Shown here piece after piece: positions 36,731 through 45,566 of a stretch of DNA of 64,000 bases (positions within the stretch are counted from its first letter, which is position 1; each line of letters starts with the position of its first letter). The translations under genes and the position numbers were made by a program. Source of the stretch: Minisyncoccota bacterium (lineage in GTDB: Bacteria; Patescibacteriota; Minisyncoccia; Phycocordibacterales; UBA2100). A model generated the notes under the pieces. It made no database searches. It worked only from the letters and a program-made list of their open reading frames with translations, and was not told the origin of the DNA. The stretch is from contig JARLIE010000040.1 of the NCBI GenBank assembly GCA_031291875.1, forward strand, positions 67,011-131,010. The letters run 5' to 3'.

Positions 36731-37432
36731 TTAGCGGATCTCCTCGTAGGTGAAGCGTCGCTGCCATGACGCGGGAAGCAACGCGACGAACGTCCAGTAG
36801 AAAAGGGTGTACCACCAGCCGAGCGCCTCGAAGCGGCGGATCGAGGTCGAGGCGTTTTTGGTCCACAGATAAAAGAATTTACCGTGACGCTCGGCCTGTC
36901 TGATCATGTCGATATCCTCCGCAGTCACCATGTGCTCGTTGTAGCGCAAAAGGGGGAAGAGCGAACGCTTCACGAGTTGCATGGTGAATGAGGTTCTCGA
37001 GAGCATGTGGCCGACGTTGTGCACCCAAAACCAGGCGCGGGCATACGCGGTATCGGGGAACGGACGCAGTGAAACGGTTCCTGTCGTGTAGCCAGTGCGG
37101 CGCGAAAGAAACGCATTCAGTTCTTTGAGAATGTCTTTCTCAAGAAAGGTGTCCGCATCGAGAAAAATAACCCAATCGCTTTGCGGTGAAAGATGATCGA
37201 TTCCCGTGTTTCTCGCGCGAGAGGCCCCCTTGTCGCTTTGAAGTACGTGAAAATTGCCGTCTTCGAATTTTTTCGCGAGAGCGAGCGTCCGATCGGTCGA
37301 TCCGTTCTCTATCACGAGCACTTCGTATTTCGATGTCGGATATTCCAAACGCTTGAGGTGTATCAGCGTGCTCTCGAGGTATCGTTCTTCATTGTGGGCG
37401 GGAATGACGAATGAAAAAAAGAGGGGCTCCAT
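36731..37432 (-). CDS. GT2 family glycosyltransferase
   Basis: IPAHNEE, GSTDRT, FLDAD, AED and SIRRF motifs. Confidence 0.92.
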   Translation of the reverse strand: MEPLFFSFVIPAHNEERYLESTLIHLKRLEYPTSKYEVLVIENGSTDRTLALAKKFEDGNFHVLQSDKGASRARNTGIDHLSPQSDWVIFLDADTFLEKDILKELNAFLSRRTGYTTGTVSLRPFPDTAYARAWFWVHNVGHMLSRTSFTMQLVKRSLFPLLRYNEHMVTAEDIDMIRQAERHGKFFYLWTKNASTSIRRFEALGWWYTLFYWTFVALLPASWQRRFTYEEIR

Positions 37433-37434
37433 AC

Positions 37435-38028
37435 TTACCAATCGACATGTTCAAGTCTTTTGTTGAGGTACCTCAGGCCGACGAAGAAGGTGATGATCAG
37501 TACGATGAACGAACCAATCTGAAACTGCTCAGGCACCAGCGAAAGCACGTTACCAAACGAGTAGCCTGCCCAAATAATTGCGGCGACCCACACGAAACTG
37601 CCGATCACATTGATGGCGAGGTAGCGAGAAAAGGGGACGCGCAGCATTCCGGCAGTCGTTAAAATCGGAACGGCGAGCCCGAATCCCATGGTGAGTTTCG
37701 ATATCACGAGGATGCGCAGGTGATATTTGTGAAAACGGCGCTCGAGCTTCGCGACCACTTCCGGCGTTGCATTAACGAAGTGACCCCATCGCATGACGAA
37801 TCGTCGCGCGCCAAGATACCCGACCCAGTACCACAAAATGTCGGAGAGAACGTCGCCGAGAATCAGCGCTACGTAGAGTGGCAAGAACTCGACTTGCCCG
37901 AGGCGCAGTAAGACGCCCCCCGTGAGCATGACGACCGTTCCTTCTATGAAAGATCCAAGGAAAAAAAGAGGGTATTTGGTCGCCTCCAAAAAGGCGATCA
38001 AGTTGGGGAGGAAAGGCACCATTTGCAT
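37435..38028 (-). CDS. DedA family protein
   Basis: FIEG, GDVLSDILWYWVG, SKLTMG and AGMLRVPFSRY motifs. Confidence 0.9.
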   Translation of the reverse strand: MQMVPFLPNLIAFLEATKYPLFFLGSFIEGTVVMLTGGVLLRLGQVEFLPLYVALILGDVLSDILWYWVGYLGARRFVMRWGHFVNATPEVVAKLERRFHKYHLRILVISKLTMGFGLAVPILTTAGMLRVPFSRYLAINVIGSFVWVAAIIWAGYSFGNVLSLVPEQFQIGSFIVLIITFFVGLRYLNKRLEHVDW

Positions 38029-38049
38029 AATTATTGTAGTATACCTTGC

Positions 38050-38745
38050 ATGAGCACTGAGCTTCCGCTCTACTTTGAAAAATCGCCGAGACGGGCGCTT
38101 TGGACGCGATATCGCGGTTATTTTTCCCAGCGCGCTTTCAGATCAGAACTCTACACCTCGATGCTCTATTTTGCGGCGAGTGTCGTCGTTTCGTTCTACG
38201 CGATCAATTATGCCAACCAGGTCGCAAGCAATTACGTGACCGACATCGTGCTCTCGAATATTCCGGCATTCGATGTCGATGGGCTTTTCGGATACGGCAC
38301 CATCCTTCTCATCGCTTTCATCGCGCTGCTTTTGCTTTCGCACCCGCGTCGCATGCCGTTCTCACTCTACGCTATGGGGACATTCTTTTTGATTCGCTCT
38401 GTGTTTACCTCACTCACGCATCTCGGGCCGTTTCCAACATTGCCACCCAACGGTGATTGGGGGACGCTCATGTCGCATTTCCTCTTCGGCTCGGATTATT
38501 TCTTTTCGGGACACGTGGGCGTGTGTTTTCTGATGGCGCTCGTGTTTTGGGAAGATAAGATCTTGCGCTATGCGTTCCTTGCCTGGTCGCTCTACATGGC
38601 CCTCGTGGTACTTGCGGGGCATTATCACTACTCGATCGATGTCGCCTCGGCCTATTTCATCACTTACACGATCTTCTCGATGAGCGTATACTTCTTCCCG
38701 AAGGCACTCGCAATCTTCAGCACCGATCCGGTGCCGCTGCCCTAA
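38050..38745 (+). CDS. PAP2_C / sphingomyelin-synthase-like membrane phosphotransferase
   Basis: DYFFSGH and HYHYSIDV catalytic motifs, ~6 TM. Confidence 0.8.
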   Translation: MSTELPLYFEKSPRRALWTRYRGYFSQRAFRSELYTSMLYFAASVVVSFYAINYANQVASNYVTDIVLSNIPAFDVDGLFGYGTILLIAFIALLLLSHPRRMPFSLYAMGTFFLIRSVFTSLTHLGPFPTLPPNGDWGTLMSHFLFGSDYFFSGHVGVCFLMALVFWEDKILRYAFLAWSLYMALVVLAGHYHYSIDVASAYFITYTIFSMSVYFFPKALAIFSTDPVPLP

Positions 38746-38752
38746 CTAATCT

Positions 38753-39241
38753 ATGAATCCTACCTTCGGTAAACGTATCCACGAGTTTTTCGAGATCGGC
38801 GTGATCTTGAAGGGCTTGAATGCTGCGGCGGAGCTTCTCCTCGGCATCTTGTTCCTTTTCGTAAACGTTTCGGGAATCATCCAAAAAATGATCGGGGACG
38901 AGCTCATTGAAGATCCCGACAATTTTCTTGCTCGCCACCTCCACTCGCTTACCGCGCACTTCACGCCGCAAGCCGAGTATTACAGCGCCATTTATCTGAT
39001 TTCACACGGCATCATCAAGATATTCCTGGTATTCGGACTCTTGCGCGGCTATGTGTGGTCGTACCCGGCGTCGCTCGCCGTCCTTGTTCTCTTCGTCGTC
39101 TATCAATGTATGCAAATCTTGATGACCTTCTCCATCGGCATGATCGCGCTGACGGTTTTCGATCTCATCGTTATGTGGCTCATTTGGGAAGAGTGGACTC
39201 GTGTGACTGCAGGGAAGAAAGACAGCGTCGAAAAGGCATAG
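38753..39241 (+). CDS. DUF2127-like membrane protein
   Basis: LKG...E, YLISHG..K and WSYP motifs. Confidence 0.75.
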   Translation: MNPTFGKRIHEFFEIGVILKGLNAAAELLLGILFLFVNVSGIIQKMIGDELIEDPDNFLARHLHSLTAHFTPQAEYYSAIYLISHGIIKIFLVFGLLRGYVWSYPASLAVLVLFVVYQCMQILMTFSIGMIALTVFDLIVMWLIWEEWTRVTAGKKDSVEKA

Positions 39242-39253
39242 GGCAATCGAGTG

Positions 39254-39362
39254 GCCGGAGAGGAAAGGAATACTTTTTACCGTCTGCGGGTGATACAAGC
39301 TTGATGCAAGGCTTTAACCGCGGCCATCCTCGCCGGAAAAAAGTATTCCCTTCCTCTCCGGC
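39254..39362. repeat. Long intergenic inverted repeat / rod hairpin (MITE-like or ncRNA)
   Basis: GCCGGAGAGGAAAGGAATACTTTTT pairs 24/25 with AAAAAGTATTCCCTTCCTCTCCGGC; inner stems continue. Confidence 0.8.
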
Positions 39363-39387
39363 GCTACCCACATGCTATCCTTTTTGC

Positions 39388-39606
39388 ATGGATGAAGATC
39401 TCAACCGCCGACTCATGGCGATGGAGCAACAAATGACGCAGGTGTATGCGATGGCACAGCGACTTTACAAGCTTATCTACTGGACGATCATTGCTTCCAT
39501 CATCGTGACCGTCGTATTCGTCGTGGTACCGCTGGTTGCGCTCCTGTTTGAACTTCCAAGTTTTATCGGAACATACACAAGCCTCGGTTCAATCGGCGGG
39601 TTTTGA
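39388..39606 (+). CDS. Small single-TM hypothetical protein
   Basis: 72 aa; TGCTATCCT 6 nt before ATG. Confidence 0.7.
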   Translation: MDEDLNRRLMAMEQQMTQVYAMAQRLYKLIYWTIIASIIVTVVFVVVPLVALLFELPSFIGTYTSLGSIGGF

Positions 39607-39626
39607 CGGGTGTATACTGAGTACAT

Positions 39627-40451
39627 ATGGAAGAACGATCTGTGCAAGAGATTATTACTGCCAGCCACTGGCCGCGTGTCATGGCTGCCACGGCGCTCGG
39701 AATGCTCGCGCTCTTTTTATTCGTACTTACCGTGAGCGCGGTTAAGAGCTATCACTATATCGGTGTTGGCATCTCGCCGAGCAATACCATTCAGGTAACC
39801 GGAGAGGGAACGGTCTATGCGATTCCCGACACTGCGACGTTTACAGTAACCGTACAGAACACGGCCGCCGATGTCCAAACGGCTCAAACAAAGTCGACTA
39901 CTCAGGCCAATACGATTCTCGCGTACCTCAAGGCTCAGGGCATCGCGGATACGGATATTCAAACGACCGACTACGAGATTCAGCCGCAATACTCTTACAG
40001 CGACGCGGCTTGTCCCGCTGCGGTTGGCACGACGGTCGTCTACTGTCCGCCGGGCAAGCAGACGCTGACCGGGTACCAAGTGAGTCAAACGCTCACGGTG
40101 AAGGTGCACGACACCTCGAAAGCCGGAGCCATTCTCGCGGGCGTCGGGTCAAATGGCGCATCTTCGGTGAGTTCGCTTTCCTTCACTGCCTCAAACCAGG
40201 ACGATCTTCAGGCACAGGCTCGAGACAAGGCGATCGCTGCAGCGCAGGCTAAGGCGAATGATCTCGCGAAAGCGCTTGGCGTACACCTCGTCGGTGTCGT
40301 TAGCTTTAACGAAAATAACGGTGGAACGGTCTACCCGATGGCTTACGCAACTGCAGACGGTGCGGCAATGAAATCGCAGGTTGCTCCGAATATTCCGACC
40401 GGCCAGAACAAGATTACGGACGACGTGACGGTGACGTACGAAATCCAGTAA
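39627..40451 (+). CDS. SIMPL (DUF541) domain protein
   Basis: TIQVTGEG..PD.A, DIQT..Y.IQP.Y and AR.KAIAAA.KA motifs. Confidence 0.92.
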   Translation: MEERSVQEIITASHWPRVMAATALGMLALFLFVLTVSAVKSYHYIGVGISPSNTIQVTGEGTVYAIPDTATFTVTVQNTAADVQTAQTKSTTQANTILAYLKAQGIADTDIQTTDYEIQPQYSYSDAACPAAVGTTVVYCPPGKQTLTGYQVSQTLTVKVHDTSKAGAILAGVGSNGASSVSSLSFTASNQDDLQAQARDKAIAAAQAKANDLAKALGVHLVGVVSFNENNGGTVYPMAYATADGAAMKSQVAPNIPTGQNKITDDVTVTYEIQ

Positions 40452-40495
40452 GAAACTAAGAAACGAGCAAGCGGCAGGACACTGAGTGCTGCCGC

Positions 40496-40524
40496 TTGAC
40501 TCCCCCTCGGCAGAGGACTATGAT
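40496..40524 (+). promoter_or_regulatory. Sigma70 promoter of secE-nusG-rplK
   Basis: TTGACT-17 nt-TATGAT. Confidence 0.65.
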
Positions 40525-40569
40525 ACTGAAATAACCCCCGCAGGGGGTTTTAAAATGCAAAAATAACGT

Positions 40570-40881
40570 ATGGCAAACCCCTTTACCCAATACCTCAAAG
40601 ATACGCGAAACGAGCTCAACCACGTCGCCTGGCCGACCCAGCGCCAGACGATCGTTTTCACGGCGCTCGTCGTTGTGATTTCGCTCGGCATTGCCGCGTA
40701 CGTCGGTCTTCTCGACTACGGACTTCGCATTACGCTTCTCGATATCGTTACTTCGAGCGGCAATCCGAACGCTTCCAACGCGGTTCAGGTAACCCAACAG
40801 CCGACCGTTTCAACCTCTACGGCGACCGGCGCCAACCCCACCTTCAACCTCAACGGTGGTTCGACTAACTCGACCAAATAA
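40570..40881 (+). CDS. secE: Preprotein translocase subunit SecE
   Basis: ELNHVAWPT motif plus TM; upstream of nusG. Confidence 0.95.
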   Translation: MANPFTQYLKDTRNELNHVAWPTQRQTIVFTALVVVISLGIAAYVGLLDYGLRITLLDIVTSSGNPNASNAVQVTQQPTVSTSTATGANPTFNLNGGSTNSTK

Positions 40882-40886
40882 TTCGT

Positions 40887-41432
40887 ATGGCTAAACAAAC
40901 ACACGGAACAGAACGCCAGTGGTACGCGGTCCACACGTACTCGGGCTACGAAGACGCAGTTGCTCGCAACTTGAAACAGCGCGTCGAGTCTTTTGGCATG
41001 AGCGGCCTCATCTTCAATGTCGTGGTCCCGACCGAAAAGAAGATCAAGATTAAGAACGGCCGTAAGACGGAAGCTAAGGAGAAAATTTTCCCGGGCTACC
41101 TGCTGGTCGACATGATCGCGACCGATGAGGCGTGGTCGGTCGTTCGTAACACGCCGCAGGTCACCGGTTTCGTCGGCACCGCCAACCAGGCCGTTCCGCT
41201 TTCAGTCGAAGAGGTCGACAAGATCCTGAGGCGCTCGACGGGCGAGCAGGTCCGTCACGCGATTGATCTTGCGCCGGGCGACGCTGTCTCAATCATCGAC
41301 GGTCCGTTCAAAGATTTGGAAGGAAAAGTCGGCGAGATTGACGAAGAGCGAGGAAAAGTTAAAGTGTTGGTTCCTATGTTCGGTCGCGAGACTCCCGTGG
41401 AGCTCGAAGCCGATCAGGTACAGCGACTCTAA
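40887..41432 (+). CDS. nusG: Transcription termination/antitermination factor NusG
   Basis: WYAVHTYSGYE, FPGY and KOW GPF..FGRETPVEL motifs. Confidence 0.98.
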   Translation: MAKQTHGTERQWYAVHTYSGYEDAVARNLKQRVESFGMSGLIFNVVVPTEKKIKIKNGRKTEAKEKIFPGYLLVDMIATDEAWSVVRNTPQVTGFVGTANQAVPLSVEEVDKILRRSTGEQVRHAIDLAPGDAVSIIDGPFKDLEGKVGEIDEERGKVKVLVPMFGRETPVELEADQVQRL

Positions 41433-41444
41433 ATCAGAAATTCT

Positions 41445-41867
41445 ATGGCAAAAGAAGTAACCAAAATCATCAAATTGCAGATCGAAGCGGGGAAGGCTAC
41501 GCCTGCGCCGCCGGTTGGTACGGCCCTCGGGCCCGCCGGCGTCAACATCGGCGAGTTCGTGAACCAGTTCAACAACCAGACTCGCGAGCTTATGGGCAAT
41601 ATCGTCCCGGTGTTGCTTACGGTCTACAAAGACCGTTCCTTCACCTTCATCGTGAAGAAGCCGCCGGCCTCGCGTCTTATCCTCAAGAAACTTGGCATGG
41701 AGAAGGGTTCTCCGAAGCCGCAAAACAAGGTGGGCAAGCTCACCAAGCAGCAGCTTGAAGAAATCGCGCAAGAGAAGATGGAAGACCTGAACGCGCCTGA
41801 TCTCGAGCAAGCCAAGAAGGTCATCGCGGGCACCGCTCGCTCGATGGGGATTGACTCTGAGATATAA
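41445..41867 (+). CDS. rplK: 50S ribosomal protein L11
   Basis: [15 protein letters not shown] and GTARSMGI motifs. Confidence 0.98.
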   Translation: MAKEVTKIIKLQIEAGKATPAPPVGTALGPAGVNIGEFVNQFNNQTRELMGNIVPVLLTVYKDRSFTFIVKKPPASRLILKKLGMEKGSPKPQNKVGKLTKQQLEEIAQEKMEDLNAPDLEQAKKVIAGTARSMGIDSEI

Positions 41868-41944
41868 ATGTAGTATTTAATACGACAGCTTAGTTCCTCG
41901 GTAACACGAGGAATTTTGCTATCTGGTTCTCTAGGAGAGATAGC

Positions 41945-42493
41945 ATGATCTTTGAAGTAAAACTGCGACGCAAGCTCCGGGCTTGGCTCGGTACGAGGCC
42001 TGTAATCTCAACGACTTCACAGGCAGCAGTCAGGCAATTTCCCTGGCTTATAGACCTCGTTCCGCTACGAAGCCGCATCGAATGCGAAGAGCACATGGTG
42101 CAGTATCTGGATGATCCGTTGATCAAGAAGATCACGCAGGTGAACCAGCCGTGTGTTGATCGGCACATTCAGTGCGCATACCTGGTGACGGCGACGGGAA
42201 AAGTTGCCGGCGACGTGAGAGCTCGTCTGCGTCCCGATCGAAGCTACCACTTCCCGCTAACCTGGAGCGATATCTTCGGCGCCGTCATCGAGACGCCGGA
42301 GGTGGTCCAGTACGTCGTTGCCGTCGACACTTCGAAAAGCTTTACTCGTCTGCATGTCTTCATCATGCCGGAGAACGTGAAGCCCCGTGAGTTGGCACGA
42401 AAGTGTCTGCGGGTGACGATAGCCGACGCGTGGACCTCCGATACGAGAGCTGTCGTATCGACCCGGCTTCGCTCTCAAGCGAGTCGAATCTAA
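41945..42493 (+). CDS. Orphan hypothetical protein in the usual rplA position
   Basis: 182-aa ORF with AGGAG SD and its own terminator; no resemblance to L1. Confidence 0.6.
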   Translation: MIFEVKLRRKLRAWLGTRPVISTTSQAAVRQFPWLIDLVPLRSRIECEEHMVQYLDDPLIKKITQVNQPCVDRHIQCAYLVTATGKVAGDVRARLRPDRSYHFPLTWSDIFGAVIETPEVVQYVVAVDTSKSFTRLHVFIMPENVKPRELARKCLRVTIADAWTSDTRAVVSTRLRSQASRI

Positions 42494-42512
42494 GGCGCCT
42501 TGCGCGTGACCT

Positions 42513-42548
42513 GTCCCCGAATCGCTCTAGCGATTCGGGGACTTTTTT
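42513..42548 (+). terminator. Intrinsic terminator
   Basis: GTCCCCGAATCGC-tcta-GCGATTCGGGGAC followed by TTTTTT. Confidence 0.9.
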
Positions 42549-42561
42549 GCATAATCAGCAT

Positions 42562-43200
42562 ATGAAAAACAAATTCGTTGCCTTCGAGGGCATCGACGGC
42601 GCGGGAAAAGGGACGCAAATTGCCATGCTGGCGAAGCGACTAAAGAAGGAAGGTGTGCGCTTCACGCTCGTTAGCGCTCCGCGCTATTCGTCACCGACGG
42701 GTCAGCTGGTACGCCGAGCGCTCTTTGGAGAGTTTGGCAATTTTGTCGGCCTGAACGGGTATCTTTCGGCAATGCCGTACTTGTTGGACTTCGTCGCAGC
42801 GCAACCGAAACTTGAAGCGGCGCTCAAACAGGGAACAGTGCTGTCCGACCGATACATCTTCTCGACGCTCGCGTTCCAGGGCGCGAAAGTTCCTTCCAGA
42901 AATCGAGCGGAATTCCTGAAACTTATTGAAAACCTGCTTTATAAGGAGTTTCATCTTCCGAAACCGGACAGGGTCATCTATTTCGATGTGCCGGTCGAAC
43001 AAGCGCAGAAAAACATTCGTTCAAAACGAAAAGATCAGCATGAGAAAGACGTCGCCTACCAAAAACGTGTCGCAAATCTTTATCATGAGTTAGCGAAGCG
43101 CAAAGAATGGCGTGTCGTTCCATGCACCAAGGGCGCCGCTATGCGTTCGCCGGAAGAGATTCACGAATTAGTGTGGAAAGCCTTGCCTCCGATGAGATAG
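42562..43200 (+). CDS. tmk: Thymidylate kinase
   Basis: FEGIDGAGKGTQ P-loop, SDRY and PD motifs. Confidence 0.93.
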   Translation: MKNKFVAFEGIDGAGKGTQIAMLAKRLKKEGVRFTLVSAPRYSSPTGQLVRRALFGEFGNFVGLNGYLSAMPYLLDFVAAQPKLEAALKQGTVLSDRYIFSTLAFQGAKVPSRNRAEFLKLIENLLYKEFHLPKPDRVIYFDVPVEQAQKNIRSKRKDQHEKDVAYQKRVANLYHELAKRKEWRVVPCTKGAAMRSPEEIHELVWKALPPMR

Positions 43201-43238
43201 GGCGAGACGACCGCATTCTGACGGGGTACAATAGCTCC

Positions 43239-44888
43239 GTGGAAGCGAAAAAGACCATACAACAAGCCCTATCCGAGGCGCTGCGACAATGCGGCGTCGC
43301 TTTGGAGTCCAAAGACGTTCCGCTTGAATTTCCGGCGGAGCTCTCTCATGGCGATTACGCTTCCGGCGTTGCTTTGCGATATGCCAAGCAGGCGGGAGTG
43401 AATTCTAGCGAACTCGCACAAAAGATCGTCGATGTAATAGGGAAGGTATCGGGTGTTTCAAAAATAGATATCGCAGGGCCGGGATTCGTCAATTTTCATC
43501 TCGCCCCGGCGACGCTCACTCGGTCGCTCGAGAGCGCATCCAGGGTAGATGGCTGGGGCGTCAATTCTGAGCTCGGCGGACAGAAAATACTGATCGAGTA
43601 CACCGACCCCAATCCGTTCAAGGAATTTCACATAGGGCATCTCATGGCTAACGCGATCGGCGAGTCGATTTCGCGTCTCGTCCAATGCTCTGGAGCTCAA
43701 ACGAAACGCGCCAACTACCAGGGCGACGTCGGGCCCCACGTTGCCAAAGCGCTTTGGGGAAAGATGCAAAAACCGGAGCTTTCATGGGGGCAAGCCTACG
43801 CCTTCGGCTCGAAAGAATACGAGGCGCACAAAGAAGAGATTGATGCCATCAACGCGCGAGTGTATGCGCGAGACGACGAGCGGATAAACGAGTTGTATGA
43901 CGCAGGCCGCAAAGAATCGCTCGCGCACTTCGAAGAGCTCTACAAGATCCTCGGCACAAAATTCGATTACTACTTCTTTGAAAGCGAGACGGCGTTTCGC
44001 GGTCTCGGGCTCGTCGGCGCGCATTCGGATGTCTTTGAAAAAAGCGACGGAGCGGTCGTCTACAAGGGCGAGCAGGACGGGCTGCACACTCGCGTATTCA
44101 TCACGTCAAAAGGCTTGCCGACGTACGAGACCAAGGAGCTCGGACTCGCACAGCTCAAAGACGAGACCTGGAATTCGGATATTTCGATCACTATCACGGC
44201 GCAAGAGCAGGCCGACTATTTTTCGGTCGTTCTCGCGGTGATGCGGCGAATCATGCCCGAAAGCGCCGCCAAGATACGGCATATTTCGCACGGCATGATG
44301 CGACTCCCGAGCGGCAAAATGTCCTCCCGCACCGGCGACGTGATCACCGGCGAGTCTCTCTTGAATGACCTTATCGAGCAGGCGAAAGTTCGTGCTGCGG
44401 AAAGCCGCGCCGACGATCATGAGAAGCTCGCACAGGAGGTTGCTGTCGCGGCCATCAAGTATCAAATTTTGAAACAAGCCTCCGGCAAGGACATTGTGTT
44501 TGATCGAGAACGAGCGCTTTCGCTCGAAGGCGATTCCGGGCCGTATTTGCAATACGCGCACGCTCGCACGCGAGCAATTTTGGAAAAGGCGAAGGAGCAG
44601 GGGGTCACCCCTGATATCGGCGAATATCAAGATGCTGCCTTGGGGTTGGCGCGAATGCTCCATCGTTTTCCGGAGGTGGTGGAGCGTGCGGCATCTCTGT
44701 ACGAACCGCATCTGGTTACCAACTACTTGCTCCAGATCGCGAGCGAATTCAACAGCTGGTACGCGCAAGAGCAAATTCTCGATGGTACCCCGAATGCGGG
44801 ACATAAAGTCGCGCTCACTGCTGCTGTGGCGCAAACGCTCAAGAACGGTTTGTGGATTCTCGGCATTCCGGCGCCCGAAAAGATGTAG
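43239..44888 (+). CDS. argS: Arginine--tRNA ligase
   Basis: HGDY, GPGFVN, PNPFKEFHIGH, KMSSRTG and GPYLQYAHAR motifs; GTG start. Confidence 0.97.
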   Translation: MEAKKTIQQALSEALRQCGVALESKDVPLEFPAELSHGDYASGVALRYAKQAGVNSSELAQKIVDVIGKVSGVSKIDIAGPGFVNFHLAPATLTRSLESASRVDGWGVNSELGGQKILIEYTDPNPFKEFHIGHLMANAIGESISRLVQCSGAQTKRANYQGDVGPHVAKALWGKMQKPELSWGQAYAFGSKEYEAHKEEIDAINARVYARDDERINELYDAGRKESLAHFEELYKILGTKFDYYFFESETAFRGLGLVGAHSDVFEKSDGAVVYKGEQDGLHTRVFITSKGLPTYETKELGLAQLKDETWNSDISITITAQEQADYFSVVLAVMRRIMPESAAKIRHISHGMMRLPSGKMSSRTGDVITGESLLNDLIEQAKVRAAESRADDHEKLAQEVAVAAIKYQILKQASGKDIVFDRERALSLEGDSGPYLQYAHARTRAILEKAKEQGVTPDIGEYQDAALGLARMLHRFPEVVERAASLYEPHLVTNYLLQIASEFNSWYAQEQILDGTPNAGHKVALTAAVAQTLKNGLWILGIPAPEKM

Positions 44889-44929
44889 ATTTCGGGCCTT
44901 CAAATCGATCGAATTGGTACAATAGCGCG

Positions 44930-45478
44930 ATGATCGATTACACGATTCGCGAAAACCGGCGCGCGCGGCGCATCAACGTCACCGTACGACGCGACGGATC
45001 GGTGCTCGTCACAAAACCCCGGCGCGCTTCTATGCGCGATGTTGAGACGTTCATACGGCAGTGCGAACAGTGGATTTTGCGTACGCAGGAGAAGTTTTCA
45101 AAATTTCGGAGAACAACGCGGGTCGAACCCTCGAAGCAGCAGTACGAAAAATATAAACAGACCGCGCTATGCCTCGCACGTCAGCGTATTGCGTACTTCA
45201 ATACATTCTATCGATTTCCGTTCTCCAGTATCACCATTCGCAACCAGAAGAGTCGATGGGGAAGCTGCTCGCCCAAAGGCGTTCTTTCGTTCAATTACCG
45301 CATTCTCTTTTTGCCGCCGCATTTGGCCGACTATCTCGTTGTGCATGAGCTTTGCCATTTACAGGAAATGAATCACTCGAGCCGTTTTTGGGAGCTGGTC
45401 GCGCGGTCGATTCCCGATTACCTCGAACGACCCAAGGAATTACGTTCAATGGAGCGTGGCCTTTTGATAGATTCGTGA
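44930..45478 (+). CDS. YgjP/SprT-like (M48-like) metal-dependent hydrolase
   Basis: RWGSCS and VVHELCHL..NHS..FW motifs. Confidence 0.9.
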   Translation: MIDYTIRENRRARRINVTVRRDGSVLVTKPRRASMRDVETFIRQCEQWILRTQEKFSKFRRTTRVEPSKQQYEKYKQTALCLARQRIAYFNTFYRFPFSSITIRNQKSRWGSCSPKGVLSFNYRILFLPPHLADYLVVHELCHLQEMNHSSRFWELVARSIPDYLERPKELRSMERGLLIDS

Positions 45479-45566
45479 GATACTGTGCAGCGACTCCCGC
45501 GCAAGCGAATTACTCCTAAGTACGTTTTTTGATAGACCGCGCCTCTACGGCGGGTACACTGCATGT

